A stretch of DNA of 64,000 nt from Nemertoderma westbladi (lineage: Eukaryota > Animalia > Xenacoelomorpha): positions 122,015 through 186,014 of the forward strand of contig JAUCBJ010008976.1 in NCBI GenBank assembly GCA_032718475.1. Reading direction: 5' to 3'. The notes beneath the pieces are model-generated. The model was not told where the DNA came from and made no database searches. It worked only from the letters and a program-made list of their open reading frames with translations. Shown here piece after piece: positions 1-11,465 of the stretch; position 1 is the stretch's first letter, and every line of letters starts with the position of its first letter. The position numbers and the translations under genes are program-made.

Positions 1-38
1 TGCTTAGCGGCCCAGTTAAAACTAAGATCCCATGCAGT

Positions 39-647
39 GTGACAGAGACATCAGGGTGCATGTTACCAGGCACCGCAGGCGCAGAGGACGAAGAGGAGAA
101 ACAAGAGATAGTAGAGCCAGATAGGGAGGTGACAGTAAGAAAGTGGGCAGAGGAGAGTAGGTCTCCCAGCATGCATCGGTATGGAGATGGAGCGGAGCGG
201 ACAGCGAGGTGTCCGGAGGACAACACTCCGGGGGAGTGCCCGGAGGAGTGTCGGGAGGAGTGTCTAGAGGAGTGTCTGGAGGAGTGTCCAGAGGAGTGTC
301 CGGAAGAGACGCAGGTCCGGGTTGGAGGCATACCGACAAGGGGGAAGTCGAGAAGGAAGGCAGGATGGAGAGGGGTAGGACTGCTGTTGTACCTCCTGTT
401 TTGCCTGTTCTTTCACTTTCTATTCATTCTGCCACCGGGAGATAACAAGGAGGGAGATGGCATTTTGATGCCAGGAGACGAGATGGTTAAGAAGGCGGCG
501 GAGAGACCCGATTTTGGGGTGGCGGAAGAGGGAGAACCAATTCCTGGTCAGTTGGAATTGGCGAAGAAGGTGTGGCGAAGAGTAAGAGGACGTATAGGAG
601 GGCAGTGGGAGAGTGCCTACTGGAAGAAGGGGCACCTTAGAGTTTAG
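39..647 (+). other. Low-complexity ORF (EECx repeats, one hydrophobic stretch); possibly spurious or part of an unidentified repeat element
   Basis: 202-aa ORF built on a 12-bp GAGGAGTGTCNN repeat in strongly purine-skewed DNA; no recognisable domain. Confidence 0.2.
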
Positions 648-838
648 TCATCCAAGGTTTTGGACTGAGGGGGGTGGGAATGAGGGCGAGACAAGACGCC
701 CTTCCCACAAGAAAATTAATTATTTAATTAAAAATAAACAATAAAAATAATTAAATAATAGTTAGAAGAGATAGTAAGTAGTAGTCAGGAGATAAGTTAG
801 AAGAAGTAAGTAAGTTAGAAGGCGGCGGGGTAAGGGAG

Positions 839-1597
839 TGTGGCATATTGTCATGCCACGAGTAGTAGTAGGGAGGTTGTGGGCACCGTAAGCGCCACGT
901 AGAAGGATAGTAAGTAGAGAAGTTAGAAGGCGGCGGGGTAAGGGAGTGTGGCATATTGTCATGCCACGAGTAGTAGTAGGGGGGTCGTGGGCACCGGAAG
1001 CGCCACGTAGAAAGTAGCGGTGGTAGAGAGGTTGTGGGCACCGCAAGCGCCACGTAGAAAAGTAGTAGCAGAGAGTGGTTGTGGGCACCGGAAGCGCCAC
1101 GTAGAAAGTAGTAGGAGAGAGTGGTTGTGGGCACCGTAAGCGCCACGTAGAAAGTAGCAAGAGAGTGGTTGTGGGCACCGGAAGCGCCACGTAGAAAGTA
1201 GTAGCAGAGAGTGGTTGTGGGCACCGCAAGCGCCACGTAGATAGAGGTATTAGTTGAGGTGGAGATGTAGATAGAGTAGAGTAGTAGAGACGGGCACATA
1301 GGGTGCCAGAGAGTAGAGTAGTAGAGAGGGCACATAGGGTGCCAGGTAGTAGAGTTAGAGTGTTAGAGGTAGTAGAGAGGGCACATAGGGTGCCAGAGAG
1401 TAGAGTAGTAGAGAGGGCACATAGGGTGCCAGGTAGTAGAGTAGTAGAGGGTAGATAGTAGAGTGGTTGTGGGCACCACAAGCGCCACGTAGATAGAGGG
1501 TTTTAGTTAGAGTTAGTAGTAGAGTGGTTGTGGGCACCGCAAGCGCCACGTAGATGGAGGTAGTAGCAGAGGGTTGTGGGCACCCTAAGCGCCACGT
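839..1597. repeat. Array of ~16 short palindromes separated by C-poor (A/G/T) linkers
   Basis: 10x GGCAC-CNNAA-GCGCC, 4x GGCAC-ATAGG-GTGCC, 2x GTGGCAT-ATTGTC-ATGCCAC. Confidence 0.9.
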
Positions 1598-3125
1598 AGT
1601 AGAAGAGTTAGAGTTAAAGTTAGTAGGCTTAGAGAGATAGTTAGAGTTAGTAAGAGAGTTAGATAGTTAGCAAGTGAGTAGTAGGTAGATAGTATGATAG
1701 CACAGGGGTAGCATTAGAGGTCAGGGCCTTAAAGAGTGGCAGGGAGTAGAGAGGAGATAGTGAAAGGAACTGTTGACGAGAGAGAAGAGTGCGATTCAGG
1801 TGTGGGGAGAGGGTAAGAGCGAGTTGAGTCAGAGAGCGGAGTTAGAGTGGTGAGAGTGTTGGGGAAACAAAAATTGTGTGAGAGAAGCGCACGATCGGCC
1901 CGACACGAGACGCCAGAGGGTAGTGACATCATACCCATAGGGAGCGGCCCAGAAAGCCGACTCCAAGAAAATAGATCCACCCCACACCCGATAATAGATC
2001 GAGTTCCAGCGGAATTGAAGCGCACTTAGTGGTTGATGCTATCTTCTCACCGGGAAGATAGCATGGGGGGGAGTGTTAGCGAATCAATTCCGCCTCACCA
2101 AACCCCATAAAGTGAGCCATAAAGCAATATTGGGAGCACGAGGTTGATTACCAATATCAACCTCGTGTCACCCCAATAAAGTGGGAAGGGAAGGAGAAAC
2201 ACACAATGGAGGTCAGGGGCCAAACCCCTAACCCAAAGAGAACAGGTGGAGTGAACGGGAACACTCCAAAGGGCGCCAACAGGGGTATCAACATATCAGA
2301 GGGGGGAAAGGCATCGATTAGGTACAGCAATAAGGCCACCGTGCAATATAACCAGTTACCAGTAATCATACCAGTCAGTTATCCTAGTATCATATTGGTG
2401 CTAGTTAGGTTAGATAGTTTAGCTAGGGAAGGACCGGGACTTTAGTTACCGTATCCCGCCTTCCGTGTACAACAACCTATATCCATATCTATATCTTTAT
2501 GCCGATTATTATATACAACGAACGATACGAACTCATTTACTCTTCACACACGGCGGGGACGCGTGAACTAACACCGGATAAACCGGGATCCTTCCTGGAT
2601 CCCGTCACATTCATTGCTTCTTCCTATCACATAGAGACGTTGTATTTTATTGACAAAAGGCATAGTTATCATTTAGTCCTACATCTATTGCATACATTAA
2701 AGGGGGGCGGCGGGGGGGGGGGGGGTGGGCTATAACACATGTTGCAATTTATTTTTGCGCGTAAGGCATTTAATGTGGTACCTAAAATGGACGAAGTTAA
2801 TCACAATGAGACAGAAGTTATAAAGAAGGCGAATGATCGCTTGGTAAAAAGGTAAATGGGAAAATAAGGCAAAATGGAAAACTAAGTGCGATTTCTTGGA
2901 GTAGTAAGCACCTTGTTTCCATTATTATGTTGTTGAATTGGCCAACATTATTGGAAAATATTATAGCAGTGGGGAACAATTAATTAGTAGTTTAAATATT
3001 GTGGGGCGAGCCACGAAAGTAAGCGAGTTTAGCATACGGGTACCACTAACTCAATCGGTGTGTCTATCGTTCTGTTGTGTTCAATTTTAAACGTTAATGA
3101 CTCAACCAAATCTTGATAAAATCTA

Positions 3126-3477
3126 TAGCACTACCCGGGCGCGGTGCCACGTTCCATATCTAACAGCACTACCCGGGCGCGGGGCCACGTTCCATATCTA
3201 ACAGCTCTACCCGGGCGCGGGGCCACGTTCCATGTCTAATAGCACTTCCCTGGCGCGGGGCCACGTTACATGTCTAATACCAGTACCCGGGCGCGGGGCC
3301 ACGTTACATGTCTAATACCAGTACCCGGGCGCGGGGCCACGTTACATGTCTAATACCAGTACCCGGGCGCGGGGCCATGTTACATGTCTAATACCAGTAC
3401 CCGAGCGCGGGGCCACGTTACATGTCTAATAACACTACCAGGGCGCGGGGCCACGTTCCATGTCTAAAAGCACTACC
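3126..3477. repeat. 38-bp minisatellite, ~9 copies
   Basis: Unit CTAATACCAGTACCCGGGCGCGGGGCCACGTTACATGT with variants. Confidence 0.95.
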
Positions 3478-4162
3478 ATTTACCATAGCATTTACCAGAA
3501 TGTCACTGTTTGTGTATCCATGATAACAATGTTACCCTTCCCATACAAGCTGTGTTAAGCAATTGCATTTACAGTTGTACGAGTTCTAACTATGTTTCAT
3601 GGGAAACACGTTGTTTCGTTGTTATTTAATTAATTGTTCCGTGACATATTGATAAATAGAAATTAGAATGCTCACCTCTCACACTTATTTCACATTAGTA
3701 ACTACTTTAATAGTTATTTGGGCATTTATGGCGATATTAATTTGGGTTGTATTAATTTTGATTATTATTATTAATTTGTATTAAATATAAAATTTTGAAA
3801 ATTTTTCGCATATTTCTATGCTGGAAACGTCACACAAATCCGCTTCCACGATTGAGTATTGTCGTTAGTAATTAGTCACTTATTTTGCATTATTTAGGTT
3901 TGAAGTCAAATAATTTACCGTTAAATTAAATTGTTGCATATGTCATGATCATATACAACATTACAATTAAAGTAAGTAGGTTTTGTTGCTATGTGCGCAC
4001 CATAGTCTAATACTAATACCTACATTATACCATGTGGTTAATAATAATTCCACATTCAATCGTAACCTACTACAAGACGTTACTCAAGTTTGCCGGCAGG
4101 CTGGCTTCTGAAAGCCTCTGTTTATGAAACACATTACTAACATTCACGACCATGATAAGTAT

Positions 4163-5410
4163 GGCGGTTGAAACAAACTCGGCTGGGAGTTTGAACAATG
4201 TTGTGTATGGGGTTGAAACAAATTCGAATTACATTTGGAACAATGTTGTGTATGGGGGATGAAACAAATCGGGCTGGAGTTGAAACAAATCTGGCGGGAG
4301 CGCGCTAGGTTGGAGTAATGTTAAAAGACCGCAGGTATAACTAATGTTAAAAGGCTGGAGTTGAAACAAACTCTGTCGGGAGCTGTCTTGGTAGGACTAA
4401 TGTTAAAAGGCTGGAGTTGAAACAAACTCTGGCGTACGGTGGCCCATAACGGACATCACTACAACCAAAGACTCTCCATAGACCACCATAACCAAACCAA
4501 TTGTTTGTGGCTGTCACGGCAGCACGGCACTACGGCAGTACGGCAACACAGCATTTGTTTGTTGTTGTCACAACACTACGGCAATTGTTTGTTGCTGTCA
4601 CAACACTACGGCAGCACGGCACTACGGCAACACAGCAATTGTTTGTTGCTGTCACAACACTACGACAATTGTTTGTGGCTGTCACGGCAGTACGGCAACA
4701 CGGCATTTGTTTGTTGCTGTCACGGCAGTACAGCAAGCAGCAGGTGATTTCACAACAAATTCTGATTGGTTAACTTAGTTAACTTGAACTGCGCCAAATT
4801 TGAATGCCCTGGTTAGCTTTACCTGTTCAGCAATGCTGTATAGTATAAAGTGGTATGGTTGAATGTTTATTAGACAGTACTGCAGTAGCTAGTCTTACTG
4901 CAGTAGTTAGACTGTCCACGACATTATATTACAACGAGCTTTTGAGAAGTTGTGCGGTTTTTTCACAGACGTTTTTGATGAAAGTTTATTAGTTGAGGAT
5001 TTTGTTCTTTGCTACACTGACGGTAAATTGGCAAACAAAATGCGACGACCCAATGACGATGATGATTTTTGTTTGAAGAAACTGAAAGACTATCTTGAGA
5101 AAGATTATAACCGGATAACACTCGGTTTATGTTTGAAGCCACAAACAATTGTCGTACTGTACTGCCGTGACAGCAACAAACAAATGCTGTGTTGCCGTAC
5201 TGCCGTGCTGCCGTGACAACCACAAACAATTGTCGTAGTGTTGTGAAAGCAACAAACAATTGCTGTGTTGCCGTAGTGCCGTGCTGCCGTGACAGCCACA
5301 AACAATTGGTTTGGTAATGGTGGTCTGTGGAGAGTCTTTGGTTGTAGTGATGTCCTTTATGGGCCACCGTACTGGCGGGAGTGGGCTAGCTACGACTAAT
5401 GTTAAGACTG
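4163..5410. repeat. Degenerate ~45-55-bp tandem repeat interrupted by a MITE
   Basis: Recurrent GGAGTTGAAACAAACTCTGGCGGGAG / CTAATGTTAA; the unit resumes at 5372 after the MITE. Confidence 0.75.
4435..5371. mobile_element. Non-autonomous DNA transposon (MITE), IS3EU-like
   Basis: Ends TACGGTGGCCCATAA...TTATGGGCCACCGTA, long TIRs with internal short repeats, perfect 6-bp TSD CTGGCG (4429-4434 / 5372-5377); TAYGG ends with a 6-bp TSD fit IS3EU. Confidence 0.85.
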
Positions 5411-6355
5411 GCCCATAGCCAGCCTATTATAGATGTTAGTTCATTGCATAAGATGTCTGCAGCAACTGTAAATACATAATTATGAATGTTTTTATATTGC
5501 CATTCACGCCGGCTCTATATTTTATTGTTTGTGATTAAATATGTAATTGACGACACTTAAGTGAGCTGCTGTAATAATTTTGGAATTAATTTTTGTTGAA
5601 TATTGGTAGTAAACTATCAATATTTTTTTTGAATATTGGTATAGTTTACCCGTAGCGCCTGTACTGGACGTGCACAGTACAACTGAAATGTAATACCGGA
5701 TTATATTCTTAATTATTTTTTGGATATTAATATATTTTCCTTTGTCGGATATTTTAATGTTATTCTCTTAATATTTATTATCGATCATATGTATTAATAT
5801 AACTAATAAAAACTTAATTAGCCTAGTTATGTGTAAAAAATGTTATACTGTACTTAGTATTAATATTAAATATTTATAAAGTAAAAACTGTATAAAATAT
5901 GTGATAATTTATGTCCCGTAAATTACGACAAATCATCACCCCGTCACGAAGAGAAGAGTGCCACACAGCATGCCGCCGAGGAAGACATACGCCACATCAC
6001 TCCAGCCATAAACTTAATATTTACCAATATAGCTTCATTTTATGCGTGAGATTACTTTATGTGGCAGGTAAGAATCCTGTAAGTGGCCGTCATATTATTA
6101 CAGTATTATTGGAGTTAACAGGTTAACTCCTTTATGGGTCTGACTCAAAATACAACTTAAATACAGTATTTGTTCTATTTCTACTGTACATGATTCTCTT
6201 ATCTATATTTTCACCCACTGAGTAAGTTTGTTGTGTAAGAAACCATTCGGATCAGTGAAGTGCTACGTTACACATGTGTGTCAATACGGCAGGTAATTAT
6301 TATTTATTCAGTTTTACATGAGATTTATTTGTGATACATATGTATTGATTTTAGC

Positions 6356-6556
6356 ATGCCCAAGAAAGGTCCGTCCAATACGCAGTGGGAAGAAAGATTG
6401 AAAGGACTGGCGGCAGGATCGTTTACCTTCGGGAGTGGAGAGAGACCTCGTCCTGGTTCAAAGTGGCACATTCGTGTTGCTGCGATAGAGGGATGTCGTG
6501 GGGGTCGAGGAAAGGACGTGTTTGGGCGTGAAATAACTTGCACTTGTGGATACCAC
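6356..6556 (+). other. Candidate coding exon (MPKKGPS...CTCGYH), possibly an upstream exon of the transposase gene
   Basis: GC-richer island preceded by a short GT...TTTTAG intron-like segment (~6292-6354) and followed by GTAAAT. Confidence 0.3.
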
Positions 6557-6997
6557 GTAAATATTTAATTATTATTAATTCTCATTTAGTCATTACTATA
6601 GAAACATAACCACTTTAATTACCGGTCCGCTTTATGATATGGAGGTTGTCTTGCGGTTTATAAAAAATAATACATAGTAATACATATTTTTACATATTTT
6701 TACATATGTGGCGGTTGCAGTAGAAAAGACACATGGAAAAAAGTGGCGTTTTGAGAAAAACGTATTTAAAGTTTTGTGAAAGGTAGAAAACATTTAGATC
6801 AGCAAAGTAACGCCAAAATATAATATTTCTAGATGAAAATTTTACCATCTTTCCAGCTGCCAGATTTCTAGAAACGTAACTTCGTCTTAAAATGTTATGT
6901 CTGTCTGTCCGACTGTCTGTTTGTCCGTTTTTTCTACTTTTAGGTTGTTTGAACATAACAAAAGCAGACTAATTTGCTAAAAGTTTCCCCTTGGGGG

Positions 6998-7135
6998 TTT
7001 CATTTCCGATACTAATTTTCATGTTTGACTGAATCTATTCTGTCTGTCAGTCTATTTGTATACGTTTGACGGACAGAGAGTCAGTCAAACAGACTAAATT
7101 CCGCCAAATATGAAAACTGACATCAGAATTGAAAT
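6998..7135. repeat. Degenerate palindrome (MITE core remnant)
   Basis: GTTTGACTGA..TCTGTCTGTCA / TGACGGACAGA..TCAGTCAAAC plus outer imperfect arms. Confidence 0.55.
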
Positions 7136-7396
7136 CACTGAATAAGCAAACCCCATATTGAAAATGTTAGCGTTGATTGTAATGTGCTTTAATATTGTCA
7201 GACTACATTAACAAACAGGAGAAGGTGCAATTTCGTAAAAGCTTTATTAAAACGCTTATAAAATAACTTAAATGCAAAATCGAAAATTCTGGCTTCATGG
7301 GGTCAACGACGACGGTAAGTTGAACTAGCTAACTAGCTTTCAAATTTCAAGCAATATGATAAAGATTTGTAGAAATTTTTTTTTTTGGGGGGGGGG

Positions 7397-7500
7397 GAGC
7401 CACTAAATAAGCTGCTGCAAGGCTTGTAAGGTAATCAAATCCTATATGATTTTTATATTTTGTGTATTTGTGTTTTATTATTGTTTATATTTGTGTTTTG
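7397..7500 (+). mobile_element. Diverged LINE 3'-end fragment (same family as 53126-53272)
   Basis: AAATAAGCTGC..AAGGCTT..GGTAATC..CCTATATG..GTGTATTTG..TTATTGTTT aligns by eye with the reverse complement of 53126-53272. Confidence 0.5.
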
Positions 7501-7503
7501 CAG

Positions 7504-9889
7504 AAGTCTCGCCCCAGCATTTTTGCCACTCCACAAACAGTATCATCTGCACCCCTCGACAATGTTGGGGTTCAACTAACTGTGGCACCTACGTCAATAC
7601 CAGCACCTCCCAATACCGCTGGCTCACAAACAGTATCATCTGCACCCCTTAACAATGTTGGGGTTCAACCAACTGTGGCACCTACGTCAATACCAGCACC
7701 TCCCAATACCGCTGGCTCACAAACAGTATCATCTGCACCCCTTAACAATGTTGGGGTTCAACCAACTGTGGCACCTACGTCAATACCAGCACCTCCCAAT
7801 ACCGCTGGCTCACAAACAGTATCATCTGCACCCCTTGACAATGTTGGGGTTCAACCAACTGCGGCACCTATGCCTCTCAGTGCCGCTGGCATGCCATCAT
7901 CAGCTGCGCCGACTGATGACAGGAACATTGTATCGATACAAACGTATGTGGTCGAGAGGAACACTCAAAGTAGTAGCAGTAGCAGTGCAATTGCTGAAAT
8001 CCCGTGGAAGACTGTGTCATCTTCCAAGTCCAAGATAATTCTTGACAAAATTCCCGAGGGCTGGAAGAATTCAATTCTTCCATGGGATTTTGAGTGGGTA
8101 TACAATGCCATTTATACGACGCAGCATTCTGTCAACCCATCTTTAAAGTTATGGAACTACCCACCACAGATCTCACACAGAGGTAGCGAGGGGGCACAGA
8201 GTTTAAGAGATAGTCACTACAACCGCACTCGATTACTTTGCTGGTTCCCTCGCAAAATGTGGCACATACAGTTTCACTGTGTGAGGTCGGGTTGTTGTGC
8301 ACCCTTAACTTCTAAGGGGCCATACCGAATAATTCGTACTGTACTGGACATTGATAACTATTATTACATGGCTGTTGAGTATATGGAGTGTTCTTTTTGT
8401 AAGGCTACCTACATTGCCAATGACCGCCGAATGTTGGACCAACTAAATCAAGGCATCCGAGGAAGGTTTCCTGTTCTACTGACTCACAAGTATGCTTGTG
8501 ACAGGAAGATAATAAGTATAATGAAGTCCCGCACTATGGGTAACAGCCCAACAGCACTTTGTAACACCTTGCATGAGACACATAGTGACCAATGGCTGCA
8601 TGATACGCACTGCTATCTGCAAGATGTGATTCAAAGGAAATCAAGTGGATTAACTTCAGGGATAACCTACCCACCACCTCCTTTCTTTCGCCCATTTCCG
8701 ACACCTGCCTGGTTTTTATCTGTGTACGTAAAGGATGTATATTACCGTCTCCCTGAACTCCTTGCCTCTTGTACGTCTACCTACGGTAGAATCTTGAAAA
8801 TAGATTCTACCAAGAAGGTATGCAAGAAATTGCAAGGTTCAGGAGTTGCATCAGCAAGCTGGGCCACAGATGTTGGTAACGAGATTGGGCAGGTATTACA
8901 GTGTGTGTTAACACAGTCAGAAGGGCTAGACGACCTCAAGGAAATGGCTGATGGTTTAACCAAGAGGTTTAAATCTGCAGGAAAGCCACCACCTGAAGTC
9001 ATCTATACAGATCGGGACTGTTGCACATTGGTTAATGGAAAGCCTGGGAAGACAGCCAGTCTGTTTTCTGGTTGGCCTAGCACCCTTGTTCGTCTCGATT
9101 CATGGCACTTTATGAGGCGTATGGCCAAAGGTTGCACCTCAGAAAGCCATCCTCTTTATGGAGTGTTCATGTCTCGTCTCACAAACGCCATGTTTGAATG
9201 GGATGCTGAAGATTACCAACTGCTCCTTCGTGCTAAGATTAGTGAACAAACTGGAATTGTCTCCCTCTCAGAAGTTGCCGGGAAGAAAGCTGCCCAACAG
9301 GCAATCATATCACCCGAACTGGCCCGCCACTGTTGACGTCGCACCCGAGGTGTTGAAGCAACTCAGAAGGGAATTGAAGATCTTATAGGTAATCTTATGC
9401 AAGCAACTGATTTTCTAGGAGTCCCTCTATTCCGTACCAACATATTGGAAATATGGCAAGAGCAGAAACGCCATTTGCCTTGCCTTCAGGATGTTCCTGG
9501 TGTTACCTTATACACACCTACAGGACACCTGACTAAAGGAGACATTGAACTTCCAGTATATCGGTGTGCTCGAGGGACCACATCTCTTGAGTCTTTTCAT
9601 TACCACCTCGCGAAATTCATTCCTGGAAACTCTGCAAACCTTGTTAGCTTCCAAGCATATCTCTTAGAAGGAATTACAAGGTGGAATCAAAATCGTTCCT
9701 CTGAAGCCATCCAAGCAAAGGAGTCGAAAAACATACAGTCCTTTGATACACTTTTGAAGGGGCTTGTCAATGATAAACATAAAAAAATATATGGTGAGAC
9801 TCTATTGGATTCCTTTGCCATGCCATCTCCATACACTGGAGAGCGGATCGGTGTGAACTATCTTCTCCACCAAACCCATGAAGAAATTA
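7504..9889 (+). pseudogene. Mutator/MULE-like (DxxH-type, DUF6729-like) DDE transposase, 5' part
   Basis: Motifs KIDSTKK, YTDRDCC, RLDSWHF, RCARGTTSLESFH; a single TGA (9334-9336, likely ex-CGA) separates the in-frame ORFs 7462-9336 and 9397-9894; splice acceptor TTTTGCAG at 7503. Confidence 0.75.
7532..7870 (+). repeat. 93-bp coding tandem repeat, ~3.6 copies (31-aa P/T/S/A-rich unit)
   Basis: CACAAACAGTATCATCTGC recurs at 7532, 7625, 7718, 7811. Confidence 0.95.
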
Positions 9890-11116
9890 TGTAAAAGCTT
9901 TTGCGGAATTGCCCGGTTATTTTTCCTTATTTTTCCCGTAAAATACTCTGTAGTTGGTTTAGTAGGCGTAAGAGGCCGTATTATTGCTGTATCGGTGTTT
10001 TTTAGAGGACCTAAGAGCTATTTCTTCCGTATGTGTACTTTGGGGGACATGGTTGGTGATTCTATGGCAATTCTATGACGCAAAATAGCTAGATCCTCTT
10101 GAAACAGTAGTTACTATGACGATGGTTAACAGCTGAGCTGTATACGTGTCGATTTTCTTTGTTCTACGGTGCCTCTCAGTTCAGTCAACCAATCAGAGCG
10201 TTTTTACTGTTCTTGTACAGAAATTTCCTAGAAATCACGCAATGCTTTATGGGCAGTGTTATCATTCAGTCCTGAGCCAAGAAAGAACGGCTTTTGGAAT
10301 ATTTGTGCTTTTCTGCTTTTAGCCTAACACTAGTAGGCTTAATTATAAGGACATATATCCGTTATCACACTGACATCACACTGGGTAACTCAATGGTTAA
10401 CAACTTACTCAATGCTTGGCTGGTCTTGTCGTACATACTTTTATAACGTTATACTGCTATTTACTGTCGGTTATTCATTATATGGTTGATGAAATATTTT
10501 ATTTGGAATAACGAGAAATAACCCCGAAAACCCAATATTCTTGATATACCGAAGGTAAGAGAGACAGGTTACATATAACGATTGTGACTTATGTTAAAGT
10601 GGTTTGAAGTGAATCTAATGTTATCTGATAGACCCTACATGAGTCGGTCTGTGTTCCTTTTATATGTGACTAAAATCAGTGAAGATCGGCAGATCAGTGT
10701 GCAGTATTGTGCAGCATTGTGTATGAGTGAGACTGATAATGAAGCATTTCCTAAAGAATGTGCCATATATGTGAATTGTAACTAAGCCATATCGTTGCAT
10801 GTAGTTTAAGTCATAGCTCTGTTTATATAGATAGAGCGCCACGTCCAAAAGGAACTGTTAATATTCCCGAAGGTGAATAATATTGTCAGAGATTATATAA
10901 TACTGTCAGTCGAATAATACATTAGGCTTACATAGCAATAAGATTAAGCCGTCAAAGTCAATCTCCCGGGTATATCCAGCGGGTGAATGATCGCGCACAG
11001 ATTGGTTTCAACTAGTGTAGTGAATCAAATACTTGTCAGAGGCTAAAAGCGATTTATTATCTAGAAGACATCCTAATTTGGCGGGTTAAACTGCCAAAGG
11101 TCTGAAAGCGCGAACA
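9890..11116 (+). repeat. 5' LTR of element A
   Basis: TGTAAAAGCT...GCGCGAACA, near-identical to 16231-17125 apart from deletions in the latter. Confidence 0.95.
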
Positions 11117-11128
11117 ATAACGGATATA
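11117..11128 (+). promoter_or_regulatory. Self-complementary primer-binding site of A
   Basis: ATAACGGATATA is the exact reverse complement of LTR 10354-10365 TATATCCGTTAT. Confidence 0.75.
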
Positions 11129-11465
11129 GCTTCTTTATTGCAGTAAGCAATAAAGTTGAAAGTACCGGTCAACCGGTAAACCTGAACCGGTACTGCGGTA
11201 CGTCTGTAGGCCCAACTGCCTGAACCGGTACTGCTGTAGGTCTGTAGGCCCAACTGCCTGAACCGGTACTGCTGTAGGCCCATAGGCTCAACTGTCCTAA
11301 CCGGTACTTCCAGTACAGGTATAGCAGTATTATTCGATTTTGATTATTATATACCAGTAGGCCTTAATAATTAATCAGGGAGGGCCCGCCCTGGTTTTTT
11401 ATTGAGATTTTACTTATTTCTGTCAGTTTTATTTATTTGTAGGCCAATATTGAACAGAAGGCGTG

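Noticed and set aside
751-1549. Minus-strand ORFs of 194, 239 and 64 aa
   Set aside because: Translations of the repeat array; no domain evidence
839-1597. Palindromic repeats with spacers as a CRISPR array
   Set aside because: Spacers are low-complexity variants of one another, not unique sequences
4163-4430. Repeated GTTGAAAC resembling CRISPR repeat ends
   Set aside because: Intervening sequences are related to each other, spacing is irregular, there are no cas genes and the context is eukaryotic
4439-5367. Several ORFs on both strands
   Set aside because: Products of the MITE's repetitive inverted arms
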